Shown: positions 27,901 through 39,881 of the stretch, piece after piece
How positions within the stretch are numbered: position 1 is the first letter of the stretch
Layout of the letters: each line of letters begins with the position of its first letter
DNA from: Amoebidium appalachense
Lineage: Eukaryota; Protista; Ichthyosporea
Length of the DNA: 64,000 bases
Assembly (NCBI GenBank): GCA_963693365.1
Contig: CAVNZM010000001.1
Coordinates: 21,459,210 to 21,523,209, forward strand
Reading direction: 5' to 3'
Made by a program: the position numbers and the translations under genes
Notes under the pieces: model-generated
Databases searched by the model: none
What the model was told of the DNA's origin: nothing
What the model saw: only the letters and a program-made list of their open reading frames with translations

Positions 27901-28155
27901 TATTGTACGTGCTATAACTGAACAGTGGTTAACAAAGTGGTAGGCGGCGATGAACACTATGCCGGAGTGAGGCTTGTGGCCCACAGGCTGAGTAGACTCG
28001 CCGACGAGCCGTCCAGACCGACGGAGTGTGGCGTGGTCTCGCCACCACGTTTCTGCGACAACAATAAACGGGAACTCCTGTTGGGGTAACGAAAGAAGAA
28101 ACTGTGCTTTACTCTTATTTAGACTACGAGCATTCCAGAAAAGAAAGGAGAGCAT
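24952..28155 (-). CDS. LINE family-1 ORF2: AP endonuclease + reverse transcriptase + C-terminal Cys motif (1067 aa)
   Basis: WNARSL, AETW, LGDFN, SDHLP; GPDGIP, FRPITL, FIDFKNAYD, GVLQGSLLSPLLFN, FFADD, YKYLG; CNMC...C. Confidence 0.96.
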   Translation of the reverse strand: MLSFLFWNARSLNKSKAQFLLSLPQQEFPFIVVAETWWRDHATLRRSGRLVGESTQPVGHKPHSGIVFIAAYHFVNHCSVIARTIHTLTISVCGHICTFVYFPPSLPLLALKHELNTIASHNPTLVLGDFNSPLTTTPHPLHGHPQALLKPNHPRTPTFHTFVTALRLTLPSVVQEHRTDWGAASGPCTLHIHHNLHPPPSDHLPIVFRTTLSLSTPSPQHTYRLNVRELKSQRGQADTRFFFETVQPSLLSLVRDGRQTPLRTDQTFIDSVWSTVRETLWDIGEYACLGAQVYPQARTTHTRGPRAEAALRKPLPYHMLLGNIRKIDRGDHSIRITADPSSDPESATDSFYGTLFKSNPTCMATDLGQAPPPVFVPPSDTPPPPHTAWPAGPAEFGAALGELFTPDAVWQLVSRYPSRKACGPDGIPMALLKVLIPPRPEKDEKRGPPPPLTCILSELFSWYSDVGKVPSEWLATLVFPIKKTVAQGPIHEFRPITLTSVFRRLFESGLLQAFSHNPTLKQASQLSPLQAAFRHRHSCYAQILTLHNATQSDTEHLVFIDFKNAYDTVDLPRLWAKLATRGVPFQMGRLLEAMFTFTRGRAVVNGRLSPGFTRTRGVLQGSLLSPLLFNLYIDDLADTLSAAQIDGGLPSQAPPALFFADDIVLMSSDPLELRQYIRVVEHWCQRNDMQINVKKCALLSKSIPAWDDVCIFGSPLPRPIEYKYLGIPVDEWGICFKRMIDRRVESAGRCLRLFRDVYLATLSHTVHLYNRLSIFRTYIRPLSEYGLPLLAMAPPDTVTNVLKSLDDFHYTTCCMFLTGLSTPIPRRLFDSLYALTPPSQRVHELALKFHEHITRLSACAPDHPLFRLHASPPDSSLYLFPSPSSLPIAERYVEWLATPPEVRLDHSVNMNSFKSMADRYLFTLRVESLPVLGPHKHPLLVAYMADTVRESRSYIDSFIRNVVWCKNAKMIMAWRCNRFLVSPARMCNMCGGRFTRGCISINKCNLLASVLEPEVIGGFILFSPSLPQYIRFKMTILDHLINAAQYDIVIRCLNFLSELPMLASAYP

Positions 28156-28157
28156 GC

Positions 28158-29303
28158 TTACTGGGAGTTGGCTGGTGCGGCGGTGGGGTCGTAGGGCTTG
28201 CTGAAGACCTGCACGTGCTGAGCCTCCCAGTAGGCACGGACCTCAGCTGCTGTTTTGGCCCGGCTGTCGTATGCCGGGTAAAGTGTGGCTGCCTTGACAG
28301 CCCATGCATGGGCGTTGGCCATTCTTGCAAGCACCCGGCGTTGCCAAGAGGCCCGGGCAGCGGCCTCTGCATCAACACGGTTAAGTGTGGTGTTGTAGGG
28401 AGCCGTAGGATCGAAGTCTGCGAGAAAGGTGGCGTCGGTAGCACGTTGGATGATGTTTATGAGGGTATCACGGTAGCCGGCACGCACAATGAACACTGTG
28501 TAGCGACGGCCAATGAAGAGCATGTCGGGAATCATTCGGTTGAGGACACCGAGGGTGTAAAGACGGTCACGCATGGTGCTGATGTTGGCCGGCACCATGG
28601 TGAAGGCTGCAGTGGTCAACTCGGACTCGTCGGTACCCTGAGGGGCAGGGTCAGACGCCACCCGAGGGCGGCGGGTTGGGTGCAGTGCTGACGCTGCGGC
28701 AAGGGCTGCCAAAGCCTGGGTAGCCCCGTGGGTCTGGGCCACCGACTCGGCATACGTTTTGACTTTCTCGGACACGTACACGGTCTTGGCGTCCACCGTA
28801 GTGCGGTACACCTTAGGATTCGTTGTGGGTATGAACTTGGGAGACCCCGGGGGGGTGGGTAACCCATCGGGGGTTCCCTGTGCTGCAGGGGCCGGGCCCG
28901 CGTGGGCAGGGCCGGTGGGGGTTGCCCGGTCAGCTTCCAGCTGCCGTAAGCGCGTCTCCATTTGCTGAACAAGGAGGTCTGTGTGGTCCTGTTTGGCTTT
29001 ATACTCAGCTACTTGGGTTGTTAAGTCGGAGACTTGGGTGCGGAGCTGCTCATGATGCGCCATAAGTTTGAGCACGGCTTTCCTAGCCTTCTCGGGTATC
29101 AAGTGCAGTTGTTCTTTCGTAATAAAACTACTTGCTGGCGGCACGGCCGGTGGCGCTTTAACCTCGGGAAAGGGAACCTGTTCCGCTCGGCTCAGTTTAG
29201 TTAGCCGCTTATCTGGGGATTCTCCTTCCCGTGTATCACGTTTGCGGCTCCCAGGCGGTGTCCCAGGAGGGTCCGGGGACAAGGATGCATCCTGAGACGC
29301 CAT
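28158..29303 (-). CDS. LINE family-1 ORF1 (381 aa; coiled coil + putative RNA-binding domain)
   Basis: Lies 2 nt upstream of ORF2 and has a heptad-rich segment. LGVLNRMIPDMLFIG...FDP is similar to family-2 ORF1 LGFRCSRILCLSFIG...YDP. Confidence 0.88.
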   Translation of the reverse strand: MASQDASLSPDPPGTPPGSRKRDTREGESPDKRLTKLSRAEQVPFPEVKAPPAVPPASSFITKEQLHLIPEKARKAVLKLMAHHEQLRTQVSDLTTQVAEYKAKQDHTDLLVQQMETRLRQLEADRATPTGPAHAGPAPAAQGTPDGLPTPPGSPKFIPTTNPKVYRTTVDAKTVYVSEKVKTYAESVAQTHGATQALAALAAASALHPTRRPRVASDPAPQGTDESELTTAAFTMVPANISTMRDRLYTLGVLNRMIPDMLFIGRRYTVFIVRAGYRDTLINIIQRATDATFLADFDPTAPYNTTLNRVDAEAAARASWQRRVLARMANAHAWAVKAATLYPAYDSRAKTAAEVRAYWEAQHVQVFSKPYDPTAAPANSQ

Positions 29304-29691
29304 GGGTGGGTTCTAGCTGCCCCTCAAGGGGCCTAAGTAGAGGTGGATGCCTAAGTAAAGGCCGATGCCTAAGTAGAGAAAGTAAAGAAAGAAAAAAAAG
29401 AAAGAAAAAAACAACGTGTGAAAGAAAAAAACGTGTGTGAAGAAAAAAACGTGTGTGGGACGTACAACGGTTAATAACTTTCCCCACAGAAATGGGGAGA
29501 CAGTCCGACCGGTTTTGTTAGACCCCCCACACAGAGACACTGCCCTAAAATGCAAAGTTTGGTTGTGCTCCCATCAAACCCCTGCACGTTATTAACTGTT
29601 GAACCCCCCCCTTTTCCCCACGCATTTTGCCTAATATGGACGTGCGGGGGGGGGGGGGTCGTAGTGGGAAGGAGGGGAAGACAGGGGGGGG

Positions 29692-29735
<44 letters not shown>

Positions 29736-29869
29736 CGGCAGACACGTACGTTCTGTAACGCTCCTTCATCTCGTTGAGTGAGTCCTTTTTTATAATGTAT
29801 TTCCGTTTATATATTTACACATAATCGCCACATGCATTTACCGGTGCGCCATGATAAACACATGGCCGG

Positions 29870-29879
29870 CTTATCATTG

Positions 29880-29915
<36 letters not shown>

Positions 29916-30041
29916 CACACACAGCATTCGATACTGTCCAATCTTGCTCTTCCCAAGGCATCCACATGCTCGCACACAATGCAGAAACATGCACTCACAC
30001 ACACGCACGCACACTGGCACACCGGGACACACACACACACC

Positions 30042-30137
<96 letters not shown>

Positions 30138-30338
30138 ACACACACACAAACACACAACACACACACACACACATACAGAGAGACACACACACATATGCAC
30201 ACACACGGTGCATTTCCTCCCCTCCCATTCCCTCTCCACAGAGCACACACACACACACACGTGCACACATGCACACACATGGTGCATCCCCCCCCCCCCC
30301 CTTCCCTCTCAACCGAGCACATACACACACACATACAT

Positions 30339-30373
<35 letters not shown>

Positions 30374-30542
30374 CACACATGCACACATGCACGGACACGA
30401 ATCCCCCCCCTTCCCCTTCCCTCTCCACCGAACACATGCACACATGCACAGACATGCACGCACACACACACACCACACACGACGCACACAGGCATGCACA
30501 CACACACAAACACACAACACACACACACACACATACACACAG

Positions 30543-30575
<33 letters not shown>

Positions 30576-31120
30576 TGCACACACACGGTGCATTTCCCCC
30601 CTCCCCTTCCCTCTCCACAGAGCACACACACACACACGTGCACACATGCACACACACGGTGCATCCCCCCTCTCCCCCCCTGCCCTTTCAACTGAGCACA
30701 TACACACACACAGACATGCACACACACACAACATACACAGACATCCACACATCAGACACAGACACGCATACACACACACACACAGGCACACACACACACA
30801 TGCACATATGCACACACAGACACACACACATGCACATGCACACTCACATATGCACACACACACACACACGCAAACACACACACACACACACACATACAGA
30901 TATGCACACACACACACTGTCTCTCTCTCTTTTCTCCCTCCCTCCCCACCCACCCTCCCCCCCTCCCCCCTTCCCTCCCCTCCCTCCCTCCCTCCCAACC
31001 ATCCCTCCCTCCCTCCCTCCGTCCCTCCCTCCGTCCCTCCCTCCCCCCTCCCTCCCTCCCTCCCAACCATCCCTCCCTCCCTCCCGCCGTCCCTCCCTCC
31101 CTCCGTCCCTCCCTCCCTCC

Positions 31121-31166
<46 letters not shown>

Positions 31167-31200
31167 GCACACACACACATGCACATGCACATGCACATGC
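29870..31200. repeat. (CA)n-rich and (CCCT)n low-complexity tract with internal duplications
   Basis: Directly visible; cacacggtgcatttcc...ccctctccacagagc is repeated at ~30203 and ~30583. Confidence 0.9.
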
Positions 31201-34200
31201 ACCCCTTGTAGCATAGAACCCCCCTTGTAGCATAGTATATGTACATATGTTACCTAGACATTATTGGGTTTTCAATAACTACCCACAGAACAGCCTCTAG
31301 CACGAGACATTTACCACAAAGTTTATGGGGGGGATGGTAAATGTGCCCCTGGAGTACGAGGGTCACACGAAAAAAACACAACGTTGTAGCTCGTATAGAA
31401 CCCCCCTTGTAGCATAGTATATGTCCATGTGTTACCTCAGTAGACATTTTTGGTGTTTTCAATAACTACCAACAGAACAGCCTCTAGCACGAGATATTTA
31501 CCACAAAGTTTATGGGGGGGATGGGGAATGTGCCCCTGGAGTACGAGGGTCACACAAAAAAAAACACAACGTTGTAGCTCGTATAGAACCCCCCTTAAAG
31601 CATAGAATAGGTACATATGTTACCTAGACATTATTGGTTTTTCAATAACTACCCACAGAATAGCCTCTAGCACGAGAACTTTACCACAACGTTTGTGGGG
31701 GGGATGGTGAATGTGCCCCTGGAGTACGAGGGTCACACGAAAAAAACACAAAGTTGTAGCTCGTATAGAACCCCCCTTGTAGCATATTATATGTACATGC
31801 GTTGCTTACACATTATTGGTTTTTTCAATAACTACCCACAGAACAGCTTCTAGCACGAGAACGTTACCACACAATTTATGGGGGGGATGGGGAATGTGCC
31901 CCTGGAGTATGAGGGTCACACGAAAAAAACACAACGTTGTAGCTCGAATAGAACCCCCCTTGTAGCATAGTATATGTACATGCGTTGCTTACACATTATT
32001 GGTTTTTTCAATAACTACCCACAGAACAGCTTCTAGCACGAGAACGTTACCACTCAGTTTATGGGGGGGATGGGGAATGTGCCCCTGGAGTACGAGGGTC
32101 ACACGGAAAAAACACAACGTTGTAGCTCGAATAGAACCCCCCTTGTAGCATAGTATATGTACATGCGTTGCTTACACATTATTGGTTTTTTCAATAACTA
32201 CCCACAGAACAGCTTCTAGCACGAGAACGTTACCACACAGTTTATGGGGGGGATGGGGAATGTGCCCCTGGAGTGCGAGGGTCACACGAAAAAAACACAA
32301 CGTTGTAGCTCGAATAGAACCCCCCTTGTAGCATAGTATATGTACATGCGTTGCTTACACATTATTGGTTTTTTCAATAACTACCCACAGAACAGCTTCT
32401 AGTACGAGAAATTTACCACACAGTTTATGGGGAAGATGGGGAATGTGCCCCTGGAGTACGAGGGTCACACAAAAAAAAACACAACGTTGTAGCTCGTATA
32501 GAATCCCCCTTGTAGCATAGAATATGTACATATGTTACCTAGACATTATTGGTTTTTCAATAACTACCCACAGAATAGCCTCTAGCACGAGAAATTTACC
32601 ACAAAGTTTGTGGGGGGGATGGTGAATGGGCCCCTGGAGTACGAGGGTCACACGAAAAAAACACAAAGTTGTAGCTCGTATAGAACCCCCCTTGTAGCAT
32701 AGTATATGTCCATGTGTTACCTAGACATTTTTGGTTTTTTCAAAAACTACCCACAGAACAGCTTCTAGCACGAGAAAGCTACCACACAGTTTATGGGGGG
32801 GATGGGGAATGTGCCCCTGGAGTACGAGGGTCACACGAAAAAAACACAACGTTGTAGCTCGAATAGAACCCCCCTTGTAGCATAGTATATGTACATGTGT
32901 TGCTTACACATTAATGGGTTTTTCAATAACTACCCACAGAACAGCTTCTAGCACGAGAAATTTACCACACAGTTTATGGGGGGGATGGGGAATGTGCCCC
33001 TGGAGTACGAGGGTCACACGAAAAAAACACAACGTTGTAGCTCGAATAGAACCCCCCTTGTAGCATAGCATATGTACATATGTTACCTAGACATTATTGG
33101 TTTTTCAATAACTACCCACAGAATAGCCTCTAGCACGAGAAATTTACCACACAGTTTGTGGGGGGGATGGTGAATGGGCCCCTGGAGTACGAGGGTCACA
33201 CGAAAAAAACACAAAGTTGTAGCTCGTATAGAACCCCCCTTGTAGCATAGTATATGTCCATGTGTTACCTAGACATTTTTGGTTTTTTCAAAAACTACCC
33301 ACAGAACAGCTTCTAGCACGAGAAAGTTACCACACAGTTTATGGGGGGGATGGGGAATGTGCCCCTGGAGTACAAGGGTCACACGGAAAAAACACAACGT
33401 TGTAGCTCGAATAGAACCCCCCTTGTAGCATAGTATATGTACATGCGTTGCTTACACATTATTGGTTTTTTCAATAACTACCCACAGAACAGCTTCTAGC
33501 ACGAGAACGTTACCACACAGTTTATGGGGGGGATGGGGAATGTGCCCCTGGAGTGCGAGGGTCACACGAAAAAAACACAACGTTGTAGCTCGAATAGAAC
33601 CCCCCTTGTAGCATAGTATATTTACATGCGTTGCTTACACATTATTGGTTTTTTCAATAACTACGCACAGAACAGCTTCTAGCACGAGAAATTTACCACA
33701 CAGTTTATGGGGGGGATGGGGAATGTGCCCCTGGAGTACGAGGGTCACACAAAAAAAAACACAACGTTGTAGCTCGTATAGAATCCCCCTTGTAGCATAG
33801 AATATGTACATATGTTACCTAGACATTATTGGTTTTTCAATAACTACCCACAGAATAGCCTCTAGCACGAGAAATTTACCACAAAGTTTGTGGGGGGGAT
33901 GGTGAATGGGCCCCTAGAGTACGAGGGTCACACGAAAAAAACACAAAGTTGTAGCTCGTATAGAACCCCCCTTGTAGCATAGTATATGTCCATGTGTTAC
34001 CTAGACATTTTTGGTTTTTTCAAAAACTACCCACAGAACAGCTTCTAGCACGAGAAAGCTACCACACAGTTTATGGGGGGGATGGGGAATGTGCCCCTGG
34101 AGTACGAGGGTCACACGAAAAAAACACAACGTTGTAGCTCGAATAGAACCCCCCTTGTAGCATAGTATATGTACATGTGTTGCTTACACATTAATGGGTT

Positions 34201-34715
34201 TTTCAATAACTACCCACAGAACAGCTTCTAGCACGAGAAATTTACCACACAGTTTATGGGGGGGATGGGGAATGTGCCCCTGGAGTACGAGGGTCACACG
34301 AAAAAAACACAACGTTGTAGCTCGAATAGAACCCCCCTTGTAGCATAGCATATGTACATGCGTTGCTTACACATTATTGGTTTTTTCAATAACTACCCAC
34401 AGAACAGCTTCTAGCACGAGAAAGTTACCACACAGTTTATGGGGGGGATGGGGAATGTGCCCCTGGAGTGCGAGGGTCACACGAAAAAAACACAACGTTG
34501 TAGCTCGTATAGAACCCCCCTTGTAGCATAGTATATGTACATATGTTACTTGCACATTATTGGTTTTTTCAATAACTACCCACAGAACAGCTTCTGGAAC
34601 GAGAAATTTACCACAAAGTTTATGGGGGGGATGGTGAGTGTGCCTCTGGAGTACGAGGGTCACCCGAAAAAAACACAACATTGTAGCCCGGATTGAAACC
34701 CCCTTTGTACCATGT
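31201..34715. repeat. Satellite, 183-bp unit, ~19 copies, with a 7-unit (~1280-bp) higher-order duplication
   Basis: GCCCCTGGAGTACGAGGGTCACACG recurs every ~183 bp. The variant series starting at ~32264 repeats at ~33544. Confidence 0.95.
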
Positions 34716-34852
34716 ACATCATATATCATGCAGCATGTGTTACTTTCGCGTTATTGGTTTCCTAGCACGAGATATTCAGCACACAGTTGGGGTTGTGGGG
34801 GCAGTGTACACCTACAATATCAGGGGTACCGCGTGGCAAAAACACCCCCCCA

Positions 34853-34904
<52 letters not shown>

Positions 34905-36034
34905 CACGCGTGCGATGGTGCACCAGTTATTACGTCAACTAGGCAGGGTATAGCATCAACGTTATTATATGTGCTGCTGAGTTTCTTTGGTTGTACACCC
35001 GTCACCAGCCAATTTATTGGTGTTGGCGCCCACCTATGACACCACCTCGGAAGACTGGGGTCACGTGGAGGACACGTAACTATAGCCTGATAGTTGTGAC
35101 TAAGGGCACCGCTAAGGGCACCAAGCTGATGCACGCGCGCGCGCGAGCCGAAATCTATTTTTATCTTTTCCCTAATCAGGCGCGGCGGTTACTAAACCGA
35201 ACTATAGATAGCAAATAGTGATTGGCTAAACCCAATCCGGTTTGCAATTTTTTGTCCGTTTAAGCCTGTACGCACGTTGTTTGCTCCATTTCTTTTCCCC
35301 CTTCCCGCAGGTCCGCAGTTCCGCAGGTCCCTTCCCGCAGGTCGCCTGGTCGCAGTTCCCTTCCCGCAGGTCGCCTGGTCACAGGTCCCCTGCGCAGCCA
35401 CCGTGCTGCATGGTTTCGACCATGCTGCATGCTGAACACGGCCATCTGGTGTTTCTAGATGGCCGTGATGCTGAAGCATCTTCGCCTAACGGCTGAAAGG
35501 CCGTTTGAAGGTTAGTTTTGTGTTGCCTGCTTTTGTGCATATGGCGTTTGTCTGTCTGGTCTGTGTCCGTGCCTGTGATTATATCTGTGTCTGTGTCTGT
35601 GTCTGTGTGCGTGTGTGTTTATGTGTGTGTGTGTGCGTGCGTGTGCGTGTGTTCTGCTGGCTGCAGATGCACATTGCCTTTTCACGTTCATGAACCAGCG
35701 ACTGTGGGCACTACTTTTCCTGTTAGCACTATAGCTATCATCCCCTCCACCAGTCGTTCAAGCTATTTTCTGCTTCTCTAGACTTCATAAGTTTGTGCTT
35801 TTGTTTTTCAGCACAACGTACGCGTGTTTCACATGTTAGCATTTAGTGTTATTCATTCATTCTAACCCCCCCCCCCCCCCCCAAACACACACACACACAC
35901 TCACTCACTCACTTCCCCACCCACACATACAAAAAAACACACACACCAAAAGCCCCTCCCCATCCCCCCCCCTCCCCCCCCTCCCCCCCCCCCTTCCAAA
36001 AAACTGTCAAATGCCTCCATGCCCACCAACACAG

Positions 36035-36461
36035 ATGTTCCAGGTTGCCCCTGTCAATGCCGCCGACCCCGACAAGTTGGCAGACCAGGTTAGGTGCCGC
36101 AAGAAGACGTGGGAGGGGTGGCTGGTGGAGGTTCAAGTTGAGTGCAACAACCATCCCTGTGGCCACATGTATAGCGTCGATCCGGTGAGGGGCAACCCAT
36201 GGGGCAACTCCGCCCTTCACCGCATCATGTGCATGTCCCCCATCAACGGCTCCTACATCAAGAACCGCCTCAGCAGCTTCAAGACACTAAACGTTTGTGC
36301 CCATCTCCCCCCCCCCCCCCCCCCCCCCCCCCCCACACACACACACCACACCCCAATCAAAGACGAAGTCTTCTCATGCTGCTTTTTTTAACATGCTTAT
36401 TCATGTTTAATGTTGTTGTTCTTCCTTATTGGTTCATTCTTAATGCACTGTGACCCCCCCC

Positions 36462-36492
<31 letters not shown>

Positions 36493-38165
36493 ACACTCAC
36501 TCCCACTCCCTCCCTCCCACCTCCCCCTGTTGTCCCACGTACGAATCACCAACACATAACCACACAAGACATCAAATCCTTATCACTCAGAGCAACGGTA
36601 CATGCATGGTTATCCAGTATCCATTCAGCTTCCCACTTCCTCAAGTCATTTCAGATTTTTCATTGTCGTATTCGGTTTTATTTGCTGCTAATGGAGAATA
36701 CCCCCTTTCGTCATCACCACATACACACATGATTACGTGTACGTACACGCAACACACACACCAACACCCACACAGGAGTTTCAAAAGGCGTTGCCCGAGC
36801 TCTTCAGCTTCATGCTCCACACATTTGAGTGCGGACTGCGGGATCCAATGGCCCACAAGTCTGCCACTCAGATTTCGTGGTCAGCTGTGAAGTATGGAGC
36901 TGACATGCCTGACTACGAGGGTGGTGCTCGGCCATCAGAGATCAGCAAGGTATACAACTACCCCCCCCCCCTCCCCCCCCTTGCGTCCTCCCTGAGGATG
37001 GGCTCTGCTTATGACGCATACTGTGCACATGGCTGATGTTGCGTGCTTGAATGTTTGCCTTTGCATGTGTCCTGCACCATGCTTCTCATCGTGTATGCGT
37101 ATTTCGTACCGTGTTCTGCATTCAAACCCCCCCCCCCCCCCCCCATCATTGTGTTTTAGCTCCCGTCCGAAAGACAACGTATGGATATCGAAATGATGAT
37201 ATTTATAAGTCGTATGTATGGGTTACGTATCATCGTAGTTTTTTAGGATATCTCCTAAGCATGGGCAAGTATCATCCTATCATGTCATCTTTAGGTTTGG
37301 TATGGTAACATTGTGATAGCATTTTTCCCAGGTACATACATGCTTCAACCCCCCCCCCCCCCCCCCCCATCATTGTGTTTTAGCTCCCGTCCGAAAGACA
37401 ACGTATGGATATCGAAATGATGATATTTATAAGTCGTATGTATGGGTTACGTATCATCGTAGTTTTTTAGGATATCTCCTAAGCATGGGCAAGTATCATC
37501 CTATCATGTCATCTTTAGGTTTGGTATGGTAACATTGTGATAGCATTTTTCCCAGGTACATACATGCTCAGGCTAGCCAGAAAAGTTAAAAACACTCACA
37601 CAATCTCCTTCTGTCCCAACCCAGTATGCAAAGACCTGGGAAAAGATCTGCAAGGTCCGGGAGAAGGCAGTCCTCAGCCTGTCAGCTGATGAGCAAGACG
37701 AGAAGGGGAGACGACAAGCCCTCCACGAAGCAGTCCACGGCAAAAGACGACACCGGCGAGGTTTCTGATGACACTGGCATGGCGGCTGATGAGATGGAGA
37801 ACTCTGGCTCCAAGAAGCGGCCCAAGTCAGACGACGACTTGTCGGATGCCAGTGCCGGGCGCCCCATGAAGAAGGGTAAAAAGGCCCAGGGCGTGGCGTC
37901 TAGCGTGGTGGGTGGTGATGTGCATGGGTCACCTGTGTCTTGTGATAGAGCGGGTGGTTCTGATGAGCAGGAGGGTGTTGCGCAAGCGGGGGGGGATGAC
38001 AAGTATTGGGAGGAGTTGGCCAAGATTAGGGGAGGTAAAGAGGTGGTGGATGGCGATGTTAGTAGTGGCGGGGGAAAACGTGCGAGGGAAGTGAGTGATG
38101 AGAAGGGTGAAGGTGGGGTTAAAAAGCAGAAAGGCGATGTGGGTGGGAGGGTTGAGGATGATTAG
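36035..38165 (+). pseudogene. 3' exons of the JmjC gene carried by copy B (36035-36292, 36776-36949, 37625-38165 with probable frameshift near 37710)
   Basis: Nearly identical to 45284-46858. The last exon YAKTWEKICKVREKAVLSLSADEQDEK switches frame into an acidic/basic low-complexity tail. B has no JmjC-domain exons. Confidence 0.75.
37126..37567. repeat. ~220-bp intronic tandem duplication specific to copy B
   Basis: 37126-37345 is repeated at 37346-37567; copy A has a single unit at ~46537-46755. Confidence 0.9.
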
Positions 38166-38906
38166 AATGAGGAGGAATAGGGAAAGACCCCCCCCCCCCC
38201 CCGGAGGAAAAAAAAAAAAGAATTAATACTTAGTTTATGTCTCTTTTCAAGTGTAGTCCCGGCCTCTGCAGGGGGGAGATAGGGAGATAGGGGGGACATG
38301 TAGACTTCGTATTTTATTTGTGTGATGATGTTTGTTTTGTTTTGTTTGTTGGTTTGTTGGTTTGTTTAGTTTGTTCGGTGAAAGCTGGACTCCTGTGGAG
38401 TCTAACAGAGTGAAATGGTCTCTACTCCTGTGGCGTGAGACTTAGAAATTTTTTAACATGAACAACTTGTGCGGTCTCTGCTCCAGTGGAGCGAGACATA
38501 AAGGAACAACAGTCTTAATGGTATCTCGTGTACAAATTGTGAAAAAGTTAGAAAGGTAAGAAGGAAGGGGGGGGGGGGGGGGGGGGGAGGGGGGCACAAC
38601 GGTGGTGGTTACTTTTCGTATTATGATATTACGACAGCTCGTAATCGTATATTACGACATTCCGTAATATTGTATTTAGTTAGTCATGGTATACTCGTAA
38701 CATATTATTTGGCTATGCATAGGATATCTTATGGATGGACAAAGAGCTGTCGTAATGATGTATACACGACATGCTATGTATATACATACGAGTGGTGTAC
38801 GGGCTCTTATGGAAATGTCTACGACGGTTTTATGGGGGTCGTAATGTACCCCAGGACCAGCCATATGTATATCACCACACCACTCCGTAGAAACACAATA
38901 ACAACC

Positions 38907-39881
38907 ATGCCGAAACTTTCGGTTGATACAGTACTGGCAGAACTTGCCCTCGTTAAGAAACAGCTAAATGAGCTGTTACCACTCAAGAACATGATAGAAA
39001 AACTCCAAACAGAAAATACCCAACTCAAGCTCACCATTGATTCACTCACAGCCCAGCTAAACATTAGTGGATCGCAAAACCCCAAAACTCATGAGCAAAC
39101 ATCTCGCGACGGAGACATTTCCACCCCAACACAAAACAACACAGGACCGGAAGCACAGCTCCCGGCAGAGTTCCTAGAATATGCGAACTCTCGTAAAACA
39201 CCCGAGCTCCGCCAAATTGCCAAGGAAACATATGCCAGCATTCTTGCAGGCAACGAGTACCGCCGCAACTCCCCTCCCAAACCGCCGGCTAAGGGGAACA
39301 CCCAAGCAAACGGTAACATCAACATCCCACCCAAATACGAGAGGGTGTATTTCAAAGTCAAGCACGGCAGACGCCCACACAGGGCCATGTGGTCCATCTT
39401 CAAGGCTCTCGGCTTCCGGTGCTCTCGCATCCTTTGTCTGTCCTTCATTGGATACGATGTGCTGGAAGTAGCAGTACGGGGCGACTATAACCGTGCGTTC
39501 ATCCGTGACGCGACAAAGGGGTGTGGAAGCTTCTTCACCCACCTCCCAAGCTACGACCCATGCGCGCCGGAAAACATTCAGAAAGCAGACAAAGAACGTA
39601 AAGTGTCTGCTAAGAATGCGTGCGCCACACGTTGTCGTGTACGCATCAGCAAGGCAAAAGAGTTCCTCGCAAAGTTGGAAAACGATGCTACGAGCGTGAT
39701 AGACACGGACACGAAGGAACCAATGTTTTCTGGTGAGAAACTGCTCGAGCGCAAACGCCGATGCGAGATGGAAATCGAGCTCTTCTGCGAACTGTTCGCG
39801 CTGGCGGAAGGTCGTGCATACGACCCCGTAAGCGACAAGTGGGAACCAACCCCACAGGTGTCGGACCAAACCGATGCCTAA
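38907..39881 (+). CDS. LINE family-2 ORF1 (324 aa, starts MPKLSVD)
   Basis: First ATG inside the TSD-defined element; N-terminal coiled coil; overlaps ORF2 by 8 nt (ATGCCTAA). Confidence 0.88.
   Translation: MPKLSVDTVLAELALVKKQLNELLPLKNMIEKLQTENTQLKLTIDSLTAQLNISGSQNPKTHEQTSRDGDISTPTQNNTGPEAQLPAEFLEYANSRKTPELRQIAKETYASILAGNEYRRNSPPKPPAKGNTQANGNINIPPKYERVYFKVKHGRRPHRAMWSIFKALGFRCSRILCLSFIGYDVLEVAVRGDYNRAFIRDATKGCGSFFTHLPSYDPCAPENIQKADKERKVSAKNACATRCRVRISKAKEFLAKLENDATSVIDTDTKEPMFSGEKLLERKRRCEMEIELFCELFALAEGRAYDPVSDKWEPTPQVSDQTDA

Larger units (their letters stand above)
24793..29457 (-). mobile_element. Full-length non-LTR retrotransposon (APE-RT LINE), family 1
   Basis: Two intact ORFs, inserted in a satellite unit with a 0-2 bp (GG) duplication. 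The 3' end reads ...GTGTGTAAACC with no poly(A). Confidence 0.93.

Noticed and set aside
29807-31246. Long His/Thr- or Cys/Val-rich ORFs
   Set aside because: Translations of (CA)n/(TG)n that are open in all frames; the same applies to poly-Gly/Pro ORFs from G/C runs.
35437-35780. Helitron 3' end (hairpin plus CTAG)
   Set aside because: The hairpin is ~300 bp from the CTAG near the junction, not the expected ~10-15 nt, and there is no Rep/helicase sequence.
38670-38906. N-terminal extension of LINE ORF1 given in the ORF track
   Set aside because: It starts outside the TSD-defined element at a non-ATG codon; ATG 38907 is preferred.
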